64,000 bases of DNA from Winogradskyella sp. GTDB lineage: Bacteria > Bacteroidota > Bacteroidia > Flavobacteriales > Flavobacteriaceae. The position numbers were made by a program, and so were the translations under genes. Shown piece after piece: positions 47,495-56,530 of the stretch. The notes under the pieces are model-generated. The model did not search any database, was not told the DNA's origin, and saw only the letters and a list, made by a program, of their open reading frames with translations. Numbering within the stretch: the stretch's first letter is position 1; each line of letters starts with the position of its first letter. The stretch lies in assembly GCF_025210595.1 (NCBI RefSeq), contig NZ_JAOARH010000048.1, positions 612 through 64,611 of the forward strand, written 5' to 3'.

Positions 47495-49399
47495 CTAATT
47501 AATTTTTTTATGTATTCCTATTTGATTTTTCTTATATACCGCTTTTATTTCTGAAATTATTGCTGTGTCATCTATGGTTGATGGCACATTATACTCTAAA
47601 TCGTCTGAGATATTTCTCAGCAATTTACGAAGAATTTTTCCTGATCGTGTTTTGGGCAAACGTTTTACCACATATACATCTTTAAACGCAGCTACAGCAC
47701 CAATTTCGTGACGCACTTCTTGAATTATTTCTTTAGATATTTGGCTTTCATCGGGTTGTTCACCAGACTTCAAAACAATTAAACCCAAAGGTTTTTGTCC
47801 TTTTAAATCGCAATGCACACCAAATACTGCACATTCTGCAACAGCTTTATGAGAGGCAACAATTTCTTCCATTTCTGCAGTAGATAAACGATGTCCTGCA
47901 ACATTTATAATATCATCTACTCTTCCTGTGATAAAGACATAACCATCTTCATCTTTATAGCCTCCATCTCCTGAAAAATAATATCCTGGAAACTTATTTA
48001 AATATCCATTCTTAAATCGTTCAGGATTTCCCCAAAGATTCAATAATGTTCCTGGTGGCAATGGTAATTTTACAGCAACAAAGCCTTCTACACCAGCTTC
48101 TACTTCTTTTCCTGATTCATTTAAAATTTGAATATCATAACCACAAACTGGTAATGATGCAGATCCTGGTTTAACTTCCATTAACTCTACACCAACCATA
48201 TTTGTTAACATTGGCCAACCACTTTCGGTTTGCCACCAATGGTCAATTACAGGAATATGAAGATGTTGCTCTGTCCAGCTTAACGTTGCAACATCGCATC
48301 GTTCACCAGCCAAAAACTGATATTTAAGACAACTTAAATCGTATTTATTAATAAACTTACCGTGAGGATCTTCTTTCTTAATGGCGCGTATTGCTGTTGG
48401 TGCAGTAAACATTACTTTAACCTTATGCTCACTAATAACTCGCCAAAATGTTGAAGCATCTGGTGTTTTTATTGGTTTTCCTTCAAATAGGATGGTTGTA
48501 TTTCTATTTAATAATGGTCCGTAAACAATGTAACTATGACCAACAACCCAACCAACATCACTAGCTGCCCAATACACATCTCCTTCTTCTACTCCATAAA
48601 CATATTTCATAGAAAATTTTAATGCTGTAGCATAACCACCAGAATCTCTAATTATTCCTTTAGGCTTTCCTGTTGTTCCTGAAGTGTATAAAACATATAA
48701 TGGATGATTAGATTCAACAGATACAGGTTCTATTGCAACTGATTTTGACACCAATTCTGAATAATCAATATCATAAGATTTATAGGGAATATCTACACCT
48801 CGTTTTCTATCAAAAACAACAACGTGTTCTGGCTTATGCTCCGCTAACTCTATAGCTTCGTCTACAAATGGCTTATAAGGAATTATACGCTTTACTTCTA
48901 TACCATTAGAGGCTGTTATTATAGCCTTTGGTTTGCAATCATCTATTCTAATTGCCAATTCATGTGGTGCAAAACCACCAAAAACTACTGAGTGTATTAC
49001 ACCAAGTCTTGCACAAGCTAACATAGCATACAAGGCTTGTGGAATCATAGGCATATAAATAACACAGGTATCACCTTTTTCTAAACCCAACGCACTTAAA
49101 CCACCTGCTAATTTCGCAACCTGCTCGTGTAACTCATTAAAAGTAATATGCTGTTTAGTGTTAGTTACTGGTGAATCATAAATAATAGCGTTTTGATCGC
49201 CAAAACCATCTTCTATATGTTTATCTATACATAGATAGCTAACGTTTAACTTTCCATCTTGAAACCATTGCGGATAGTTATATTGGTCTGTACCAAGGAT
49301 TGCTTGTGGTTTTTGATACCAAGCAAGATTATCGGCTTGTGCTTTCCAGAACGTATCTGGATTTTTTATACTCTCTTTATAAATCTTTTGATATTTCAT
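47495..49399 (-). CDS. second AMP-forming acyl-CoA synthetase, propionate-CoA ligase-like
   Basis: 634 aa with YTSGTTGKPKG, WWQTESGW and PKTRSGKILRK. The stop lies 2 nt before the acs start. It is a clear paralog of acs with a PrpE-like N-terminus. Confidence 0.8.
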   Translation of the reverse strand: MKYQKIYKESIKNPDTFWKAQADNLAWYQKPQAILGTDQYNYPQWFQDGKLNVSYLCIDKHIEDGFGDQNAIIYDSPVTNTKQHITFNELHEQVAKLAGGLSALGLEKGDTCVIYMPMIPQALYAMLACARLGVIHSVVFGGFAPHELAIRIDDCKPKAIITASNGIEVKRIIPYKPFVDEAIELAEHKPEHVVVFDRKRGVDIPYKSYDIDYSELVSKSVAIEPVSVESNHPLYVLYTSGTTGKPKGIIRDSGGYATALKFSMKYVYGVEEGDVYWAASDVGWVVGHSYIVYGPLLNRNTTILFEGKPIKTPDASTFWRVISEHKVKVMFTAPTAIRAIKKEDPHGKFINKYDLSCLKYQFLAGERCDVATLSWTEQHLHIPVIDHWWQTESGWPMLTNMVGVELMEVKPGSASLPVCGYDIQILNESGKEVEAGVEGFVAVKLPLPPGTLLNLWGNPERFKNGYLNKFPGYYFSGDGGYKDEDGYVFITGRVDDIINVAGHRLSTAEMEEIVASHKAVAECAVFGVHCDLKGQKPLGLIVLKSGEQPDESQISKEIIQEVRHEIGAVAAFKDVYVVKRLPKTRSGKILRKLLRNISDDLEYNVPSTIDDTAIISEIKAVYKKNQIGIHKKIN

Positions 49400-49623
49400 G
49401 ACTTTGCTTTTTTAGAGTTAAATAGTCCAAACCAATTTGGATTTAATACTTTGAGCTTAATCAATGCCCAAATAATAACAGCAAAGCAAATACCCATAAT
49501 GAGGGATTCAAAAGGGCCAGTGGCGCTTTCGCTTTCAAATTTAAAACGGAGATATAAGGTTACTATAACGTAAAAGCTGATAATTATATCAGACGTTAAA
49601 GCATTAATTCGTAGACGTTTCAT
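49396..49623 (-). CDS. small two-TM membrane protein (75 aa), translationally coupled to the prpE-like gene
   Basis: ATGA stop/start overlap at 49396-49399. Two hydrophobic segments. Family not recognised. Confidence 0.5.
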   Translation of the reverse strand: MKRLRINALTSDIIISFYVIVTLYLRFKFESESATGPFESLIMGICFAVIIWALIKLKVLNPNWFGLFNSKKAKS

Positions 49624-49655
49624 TTTGTTTTACTTTAATTAAACATGGTTTACTT

Positions 49656-49671
49656 TGCACACAAAACCAAT
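49656..49671. promoter_or_regulatory. 16-nt motif TGCACACAAAACCAAT (copy 1)
   Basis: It lies 32 nt upstream of the ATG at 49623. Its exact reverse complement occurs at 56448-56463 upstream of the porin gene. Confidence 0.45.
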
Positions 49672-49689
49672 ATTTAATAAAGTAGAAAC

Positions 49690-50055
49690 CTATGATGCAA
49701 TTAGCTCATTAATTTCTGAAACTATTTTTTTTACTGAAAACGGCTTGGTTAAATATTTATCTGCTCCAAGTTTTAAGCCTTTTTCAATATCTGAAGCTTT
49801 ATTTTTTGCCGTTAAAAACACCACCTTAGTGTTCTTTAACTCATCACTTTCTTTAATCAACCTAAGTGTCTGATAACCATCCACTTTAGGCATCATAATA
49901 TCTAACATAATAACATCTGGAACAACATTTTCTAAAATATCTAATGCTTCGCTTCCATCTCTTGCAATATACACTTCAAAATTGTGTTTTTTAAAGGTAT
50001 ACTCTAATGTCATTACTATATTTGGTTCGTCATCGACGATTACAATTTTCTTCAT
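49690..50055 (-). CDS. single-domain response regulator (receiver only)
   Basis: 121 aa with the DDEP acidic pocket, the phospho-acceptor Asp in VIMLDIMMP, and the conserved T (LTA) and K (TKPF). No output domain. Confidence 0.85.
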   Translation of the reverse strand: MKKIVIVDDEPNIVMTLEYTFKKHNFEVYIARDGSEALDILENVVPDVIMLDIMMPKVDGYQTLRLIKESDELKNTKVVFLTAKNKASDIEKGLKLGADKYLTKPFSVKKIVSEINELIAS

Positions 50056-50075
50056 TATTCAAACACGCTTACAAT

Positions 50076-52763
50076 TTACTTAAAAGGTAGCTTAAAACCA
50101 AAGGTTGCACCACTTTTTTGATTGTTTTTTACCCAAATTTTTCCATTGTGGTTTTCTACAATCTGTTTACAGATTGCTAAACCTAAACCACTCCCTTCTG
50201 GTTTTTGGATATTTTGATTTTTTGATTGATAAAATTTGTCAAAAATAAATAGTAAATCCTGATTAGGAATACCTTTTCCATTATCTTTTACAGTAATCTC
50301 CAAATAACCTTTATCGTATTTATAATCTACAATAATTTCACCATTTTTATTGCTAAACTTAATAGCGTTAGAGATAAGATTTGTTAATACTTGTACAATA
50401 CGATCTTCATCATACTCAGCAGAAATATCGCTCATATTAGAATTTATAATCTTTACCTCATTTTTATCGGCAATGCGATATAGACTATCTATAGTTTTCT
50501 GAATAGTATTTCTAATATTATGCTTTTGAATATTTAGCTGCTCTCTACCTCTAGATAACTTTTCAAAATCTAATATATTATGTATTAACCTTGAAAGTCT
50601 ATCACTATCTTGCAGCATATTCTTTAAGAATTGTGTTTTAATTTCTGGTGGCATATCGTCTTCATCATCCATCAACAGTTCTGTAGTTGCTCTTATACCA
50701 GTAATTGGTGTCTTTAATTCGTGTGCAACCGTATCTAAAAACTCATCTTTTTGTTTATCTTTTTCTATTAATTCTTCGTTAGCATCTTTTAATTGATTCG
50801 TTAGCTTTGTAAGTTCACTAGATTTTTCTCTTAACAACTTATTTCTAGCTATAGTTTCTTTAGATTCTTCAAGAATTTTCAAAACTTCTATTAGACTTAC
50901 TTCATCTTCCTTTACAACACTTGCTATTAATATTTTAGCAGAAGCACTTCCTATACTTCCTGTTAATAGTTTTTCGGAAAAATTAATTAATCTAGCATCT
51001 GCCATTTGTGTATCTAAAGGCAAATCGTATTTTCTAAAAAAAAGATTTAAAGCGCGTTGTGTTCTAGCTTCACCCAAAAACTTTACCAACACTTTCTTAA
51101 TATCTGCAACATAGGCTTCGCCTTTCCATACAAGAGCTCCGTCTTGTAAGTCAGTGTAGTTTTTACTGTCCACAAACATTTCGGCATAATTACGCTCACG
51201 ATAATTTCCCTTTGAGGATACAGAAAATGTGACATAGCAAAACACATTAACTATCATGCTCCAGAAAAAAGCATGTGTTGGTGGGCTTAAGAAATCTATT
51301 CCGAATAAAGCATGAGGTTTTAACATTTCGATATTAGCCAAACCATACTGAACAAGATCATCTGACCCAGTTACTGCATGAATTGTAAACGGTAAAATTA
51401 ATGTATAAAAAACTACACTTAATCCTGTAATAATTCCAATTATAGTCGCTTTTGATGAACCTCGATTCCAAAACAATCCAATAAAAAATGATGGTGCCAA
51501 TTGCGCTATAATAACAAATGCCATTAAACCTATAGAATACAAAGACAGTTCAAAAGAAAAATTTACATAAAAAGCATAGGCTACTATAATGATAGAAAAA
51601 ATAGAGATTCTCCTAATGTTTTTTATATACTTAGCATTTCGTTCTGGATGACTTTTTACAAAATATTCTAAGAATCCGTATGGAATCACCAAATTATTAC
51701 TCACCATTGTAGATAGTGCCAAAGTTGCTACAACCACCATAGATATTACTGCAGAAAAACCACCTAAAAACACTAAAACAGCTAAAAATGTATTTCCATT
51801 ATTTAATGGTAATAGCAATGCATAATACTCTGCTTGCTCTGTGTTTCCTATGGTTAAATTTCCTGCCCAAGCAATAAAAATAACAAAGATGTTAAACAAC
51901 AGAAGGTATAAAGGAAACATCCAAATAGCATTTTTCAAATGCTTTTCTCTAACATTCTCTACTACAGAAACTTGAAATTGACGTGGTAACAAGAATATAG
52001 CCATAAACGATAACATTATAGTGTATAGCCAATTAAACCCATTTTCAAAACCATTAATAGTTGTAAGTGATTTAAAGTTTTCTGCTTTAGACATTTTAGA
52101 ATAAATATCTTCAGTACCATCAAATAAAACATAGGTTACATAAATCCCAACAAACAAAAAGAAAGCAAGTTTTATTACAGATTCAAATGCCACTGACATA
52201 ACAATACCTTTATGTTTCTCAGATGCGTCTGTGGTTTGAGTTCCAAAAAATGTAGCAAAAACCGCTAATAATAATGCAATGTAAAATGTAGAATCATCAT
52301 ACACTGAAGTTGACACATAACTTGTGTCATCTGATAATAACTGAAACGTTTCTGAAACTGCTTTAAGCTGCAAAGAAATATAAGGCACAATTGCCATTAA
52401 GCAAACAATGGTAACTAAAGCTCCTAAAAATCTGTTGTTTCCATAACGCAACGAAATAAAATCTGCAATAGAACTGATTTTATGTTGTTTTGATATTCTA
52501 ATTATTTTTTTCAGCAAAACAATCCAAAGTGGAGCTGCAATAACAGGACCTAAATAAACGGGTAAGAAATTAATTCCAGAATTAGCTGCTATACCAATAC
52601 TTCCATAATACGTCCATGCAGTACAGTATACAGCTAAAGATAAGGTATAAACCACCGAATTATTAACCCATTTGCTCTTTGAATTTTTTTCAGCTACAAA
52701 AGCTATGAAGAACAAAGCTGCTAAATAAAAAACTATTATAAAAAACAAAACGTAATTACTCAT
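50076..52763 (-). CDS. hybrid sodium:solute-symporter-domain sensor histidine kinase (CbrA/CrbS-like architecture)
   Basis: About 490 aa of SSF-like polytopic domain and a STAC-like linker (LLTGSIGSASAKILIASVV). A coiled coil, the H-box FLDTVAHELKTPITGI and an HATPase (N and G boxes: NLISNAIKF, GSGLGLAICK) follow. Confidence 0.8.
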   Translation of the reverse strand: MSNYVLFFIIVFYLAALFFIAFVAEKNSKSKWVNNSVVYTLSLAVYCTAWTYYGSIGIAANSGINFLPVYLGPVIAAPLWIVLLKKIIRISKQHKISSIADFISLRYGNNRFLGALVTIVCLMAIVPYISLQLKAVSETFQLLSDDTSYVSTSVYDDSTFYIALLLAVFATFFGTQTTDASEKHKGIVMSVAFESVIKLAFFLFVGIYVTYVLFDGTEDIYSKMSKAENFKSLTTINGFENGFNWLYTIMLSFMAIFLLPRQFQVSVVENVREKHLKNAIWMFPLYLLLFNIFVIFIAWAGNLTIGNTEQAEYYALLLPLNNGNTFLAVLVFLGGFSAVISMVVVATLALSTMVSNNLVIPYGFLEYFVKSHPERNAKYIKNIRRISIFSIIIVAYAFYVNFSFELSLYSIGLMAFVIIAQLAPSFFIGLFWNRGSSKATIIGIITGLSVVFYTLILPFTIHAVTGSDDLVQYGLANIEMLKPHALFGIDFLSPPTHAFFWSMIVNVFCYVTFSVSSKGNYRERNYAEMFVDSKNYTDLQDGALVWKGEAYVADIKKVLVKFLGEARTQRALNLFFRKYDLPLDTQMADARLINFSEKLLTGSIGSASAKILIASVVKEDEVSLIEVLKILEESKETIARNKLLREKSSELTKLTNQLKDANEELIEKDKQKDEFLDTVAHELKTPITGIRATTELLMDDEDDMPPEIKTQFLKNMLQDSDRLSRLIHNILDFEKLSRGREQLNIQKHNIRNTIQKTIDSLYRIADKNEVKIINSNMSDISAEYDEDRIVQVLTNLISNAIKFSNKNGEIIVDYKYDKGYLEITVKDNGKGIPNQDLLFIFDKFYQSKNQNIQKPEGSGLGLAICKQIVENHNGKIWVKNNQKSGATFGFKLPFK

Positions 52764-52950
52764 AATAACGCTTTAAAACCAAATAAGACACTACGATAAC
52801 TGCTAACCAAATACTAAAAATTAAAACATAAAATATAGGCACTCCAAACAAATGACCTTCACTATTAAATATTAATAGAAAAGGTACATTTAAAACAACA
52901 AAAGCTGTTATTGAAAGGATGATTAATTTTTGTTCGTGTCTTTTTTTCAA
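52756..52950 (-). CDS. DUF3311-like two-TM mini-protein, coupled to the sensor kinase gene
   Basis: 64 aa. The pattern LNVPFLLIFN....LFGVPIFYVLIFSIW resembles small subunits that accompany SSF transporters. It overlaps the kinase start by 8 nt. Confidence 0.45.
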   Translation of the reverse strand: MKKRHEQKLIILSITAFVVLNVPFLLIFNSEGHLFGVPIFYVLIFSIWLAVIVVSYLVLKRYYE

Positions 52951-53056
52951 AGGTGAATTTGATTTTGCTATTGAAAATTAATAAAACATTTTGAAATAAA
53001 TGATGAGATTTTGAAATACTAAAAAAATCAAGTAATAATAAAATCTTAATAAATAC

Positions 53057-53090
53057 AAAAAACAGTGTTGTAATAACAACACTGTTTTTA
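53057..53090. terminator. bidirectional-looking terminator after the symporter operon
   Basis: AAAAACAGTGTTGT-aataa-ACAACACTGTTTTT. Confidence 0.8.
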
Positions 53091-53110
53091 CTAACTAATA
53101 AACACGTCAA

Positions 53111-54883
53111 CTAGTGACTGTGTGCTTCACCAGCTCCTGATGGAATTCTAATATTCTCTACGATTTCTTGTACATGTTGTGGTGGTGCTGGAGTCATTCT
53201 TGAAACAACTACAGAAACAACAACATTAACAAGCATAGCGATTGTACCGAACCCTTCTGGAGATGTACCAAACCACCACTCGCTTTTTGGTCTAGGATCC
53301 ATTACTCCTATTAATCCTGTTTTGTAAACAATCATGTAGTATAGCATTAAAACAATACCAACTATCATACCTGCAACCGCTCCTTGTCTATTCATTCGTT
53401 TATCGAAAATTCCAAGAATAATTGCTGGGAAGAAAGAAGCTGCTGCTAAACCGAAAGCTAATGCAACCACTGCAGCGACAAATCCTGGCGGATAAATACC
53501 AAACAATCCTGCGATGATAATAGCCACTAAAATTGCTATACGAGCAGCCAATAATTCTCCTTTTTCTGAGATGTTTGGCTTTATTTGCTTCTTAATTAAA
53601 TCGTGAGATATTGAAGTAGATATTACTAACAATAATCCTGCTGCAGTAGATAATGCCGCAGCTAAACCACCTGCCGCAACCAATGCAATTACCCAATTAG
53701 GTAACTTTGCAATTTCAGGGTTTGCCAATACCATAATATCTCTATCTACATAAAGCTCATTTGCGGAATCGTTAGCATTAGAAACCATACGCTCACCAAA
53801 AGCTCCTCTAGCATCAGTATATGCAGGCTTACCATCTAAAGCTTTACCAGCAACATATTGAATTTTTCCATCTCCATTTTTATCAGACCAAGCTATTAAT
53901 CCTGTATCCTCCCAATTTTTAAACCATTGTGGTACTTGCTTGTATTCTGTATTACTTACAGTTTCGATTAAGTTTGTTCTTGCAAAAACAGCAATAGCAG
54001 GCGCAGTTGTATAAAGAATAGCTATAAACAATAATGCTAAACCTGCAGATTTACGTGCATCTTTTACTTTTGGCACCGTAAAGAAACGTACAATCACGTG
54101 AGGTAATCCTGCAGTACCTACCATCAATGCTAATGTAATTGCAAAAACATCCCAAGTAGATTTTGTACCACTTGTATATTCATTAAACCCTAACTGCGTA
54201 TGGAGTTTATCTAATTTATCTAAGAGGAATTCACCTCCTTCAACACTACCACCCATACCTAACTGTGGAATAATGTTTCCTGTCATTTGCATAGAAATAA
54301 AGAAAGCTGGCACCATAAACGCAAAGATTAAAACACAGTATTGCGCTACTTGCGTATATGTAATACCTTTCATACCACCTAAGAATGCAAATACCAATAC
54401 AATTGCCATACCTATGATTACACCAAGATTAATATCTACTTGTAAGAATTGAGAAAATACAATTCCCACACCTCTCATTTGTCCAGCTACATAAGTAAAA
54501 GATACAATTAAGGCACATATTACAGCTACTGTACGTGCTGTGTTAGAGTAATAACGATCTCCGATAAAATCTGGTACTGTAAACTTCCCAAACTTACGCA
54601 GGTAAGGTGCTAATAATAACGCTAATAACACATAACCTCCTGTCCATCCCATTAAAAATACTGACCCATCGTATCCCATAAAAGAGATTAGACCAGCCAT
54701 AGAGATAAATGACGCTGCACTCATCCAGTCAGCTGCAGTAGCCATACCATTTGCCAAAGGAGATACACCTCCACCAGCAACATAAAAATCTTTTGTTGAG
54801 CCAGCTCTGGCCCAAATTGCAATTCCGAAATATAGTGCGAATGTGATCCCAACTAATATCCATGTCCAAGTTTGTACACTCAT
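53111..54883 (-). CDS. sodium/solute symporter (SSF; acetate/monocarboxylate permease ActP-like large subunit)
   Basis: 590 aa and polytopic. It is paired with an upstream DUF4212 small subunit and lies in an acetate-metabolism context. Confidence 0.8.
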   Translation of the reverse strand: MSVQTWTWILVGITFALYFGIAIWARAGSTKDFYVAGGGVSPLANGMATAADWMSAASFISMAGLISFMGYDGSVFLMGWTGGYVLLALLLAPYLRKFGKFTVPDFIGDRYYSNTARTVAVICALIVSFTYVAGQMRGVGIVFSQFLQVDINLGVIIGMAIVLVFAFLGGMKGITYTQVAQYCVLIFAFMVPAFFISMQMTGNIIPQLGMGGSVEGGEFLLDKLDKLHTQLGFNEYTSGTKSTWDVFAITLALMVGTAGLPHVIVRFFTVPKVKDARKSAGLALLFIAILYTTAPAIAVFARTNLIETVSNTEYKQVPQWFKNWEDTGLIAWSDKNGDGKIQYVAGKALDGKPAYTDARGAFGERMVSNANDSANELYVDRDIMVLANPEIAKLPNWVIALVAAGGLAAALSTAAGLLLVISTSISHDLIKKQIKPNISEKGELLAARIAILVAIIIAGLFGIYPPGFVAAVVALAFGLAAASFFPAIILGIFDKRMNRQGAVAGMIVGIVLMLYYMIVYKTGLIGVMDPRPKSEWWFGTSPEGFGTIAMLVNVVVSVVVSRMTPAPPQHVQEIVENIRIPSGAGEAHSH

Positions 54884-54913
54884 AATTTTTGTTTTTTTGG
54901 TTATTAGTTAAGA

Positions 54914-55174
54914 CTATTCGTCGTAACCATATTTTTTATCTAGTTTATTCATTATACGTACGTAAACGAAAATTAAAATAACGAATACATATATTGAGCC
55001 TTGTTGCGCAAACCAGAAACCTAGCTTAAACCCTCCAAGTCTAATTTCATTTAAGGCATCTTTAAATAGAATACCACAACCATAGGATACTATGAACCAT
55101 ATGACTAATAAGATGGAAAGGTATTTTACGTTTTCTTTCCAATATGCTGCTGCATTTTGTTGTTTATCTGACAT
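54914..55174 (-). CDS. DUF4212 small subunit of the sodium/solute symporter
   Basis: 86 aa with two TM segments. AYWKENVKYLSILLVIWFIVSYG...GFKLGFWFAQQGSIYVF is typical of the family. Confidence 0.75.
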   Translation of the reverse strand: MSDKQQNAAAYWKENVKYLSILLVIWFIVSYGCGILFKDALNEIRLGGFKLGFWFAQQGSIYVFVILIFVYVRIMNKLDKKYGYDE

Positions 55175-55186
55175 AACTTATTGTTT

Positions 55187-56422
55187 TTATAAAAAGATCA
55201 TAGCCTGTACAGTGAAAACACCTGTAGCATCACCATCTCCTACTTTATTATTTGTATAATCGAAACTCAATTTAGAATGATGCCCTGTAAAGAATACATT
55301 AGCACCTACTTTAAATTGATTAGCATTATCATCAATAGCATCTATACTTCTTGTAGAATAGGCTAGATAAGGCTGAAGTCTTGTTTTTGTTTTATCTCCA
55401 GGAAGTACATAACCCACATGACTATATATCATACTACCTGTCGCATATGGACCTAAGAAAAAGTCTTCACCATAATCATTGTTTTGATACGTAGCATAAG
55501 CTGTTATTGCAGATCCATTATCACCAATTGGAGCATCGTAAAAAGCATCTACAGCAAACAGTAATACATCATCACCTTCTCCATTTGGTAACACGACACC
55601 ATTAGGGTGACTAAAGAAACCTGCTCCAACATTGAACACTTTTTTACTACCCATATAAGTACCAACCTTATAAGGTAAAGCATTAGACTCTTGATCTAAA
55701 AAATTATAATCAACATAGCCTTGAATTACCTTACCTGCTTCATCAGAACCCAACACTTCTCTACCTCGATATACGGTTGCAGTACCTACATCTCTTGGTG
55801 TTCCGTCATTATCTAGAGTATTAGTATTTGCCTCATTTAATGCAAAACGGTATTGAAGCTTATCAAACTTACCTTTTATATACACACCTATATGACGAGC
55901 AAACTGATCTGAAAGTCCAATTGTAGACCAAGATGACCTATTGTTGTCTAACGTTAACATGTTTAAGGTACTTTGATTATTTAAACGAGAAATACCATTC
56001 CAATAATGAAGACCAGCTCCTACATAAAAGTCTTTTGCAACTTTATATTCTCCCCAAAAATCATGGAAAAATAATTGTGATGCGTCAGCATTTGAACCTT
56101 GACTACCTACTGGTGAAGTATTGTTACCATTTAAACTATTAAGCCCAAAGTGAGCTACCATAGAAAACTTATCACTGAATTTTATCCAGCTTAAAACTCT
56201 TGCTCTACGTACACTTAGAGCTAATTTCTCGGTACCTTCTGGAGCATCATCGTTGTATTGAGCCCAAAATTGTCCCCAAGAAATGAATCTCATGTACTTA
56301 GTACCATCATCGTTGAAATTAATTCTATAGCCTTTCCCATATCCTGTTTCTACATCAGATTGAGAAAAACCATAGAAAAAACATAAAGCAAATACTGCTA
56401 TGCTAAGATTTAGTTTTTTCAT
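55187..56422 (-). CDS. outer-membrane porin (beta-barrel), first gene of the symporter operon
   Basis: Signal peptide and alternating beta-strand pattern throughout; 411 aa. It lies 12 nt upstream of the DUF4212 gene. Confidence 0.55.
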   Translation of the reverse strand: MKKLNLSIAVFALCFFYGFSQSDVETGYGKGYRINFNDDGTKYMRFISWGQFWAQYNDDAPEGTEKLALSVRRARVLSWIKFSDKFSMVAHFGLNSLNGNNTSPVGSQGSNADASQLFFHDFWGEYKVAKDFYVGAGLHYWNGISRLNNQSTLNMLTLDNNRSSWSTIGLSDQFARHIGVYIKGKFDKLQYRFALNEANTNTLDNDGTPRDVGTATVYRGREVLGSDEAGKVIQGYVDYNFLDQESNALPYKVGTYMGSKKVFNVGAGFFSHPNGVVLPNGEGDDVLLFAVDAFYDAPIGDNGSAITAYATYQNNDYGEDFFLGPYATGSMIYSHVGYVLPGDKTKTRLQPYLAYSTRSIDAIDDNANQFKVGANVFFTGHHSKLSFDYTNNKVGDGDATGVFTVQAMIFL

Positions 56423-56447
56423 AAAGATTAATGTTAGTTAGTTATAC

Positions 56448-56463
56448 ATTGGTTTTGTGTGCA
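56448..56463. promoter_or_regulatory. 16-nt motif ATTGGTTTTGTGTGCA (copy 2, inverted relative to copy 1)
   Basis: It lies 25 nt upstream of the porin ATG at 56422 and is the exact reverse complement of 49656-49671. Confidence 0.45.
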
Positions 56464-56530
56464 GCACTAAACTCTAAAAAACAATCTCTATAAAAAAAAT
56501 TAGTATAGTTATTTGTTAATTATATATATT

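Noticed and set aside
49656-49671. Reading the shared 16-mer (TTGGTTTTGTGTGCA) as a sigma-54 promoter
   Set aside because: The GG and GC dinucleotides are separated by 8 nt rather than the 10 nt required. The motif also occurs in opposite orientations relative to the two operons.
49259-49873. Plus-strand ORFs 49259..49573 and 49655..49873
   Set aside because: They are antisense to the prpE-like 5' end and small membrane ORF, and to the response-regulator gene. The minus-strand genes have clear family motifs and coupling.
52865-53110. 81-aa minus-strand ORF spanning the gap between the symporter gene and the DUF3311-like ORF
   Set aside because: It runs through the strong terminator hairpin (53057-53090) and the promoter region, overlaps the mini-ORF in another frame, and has low-complexity Phe/Leu/Lys content.
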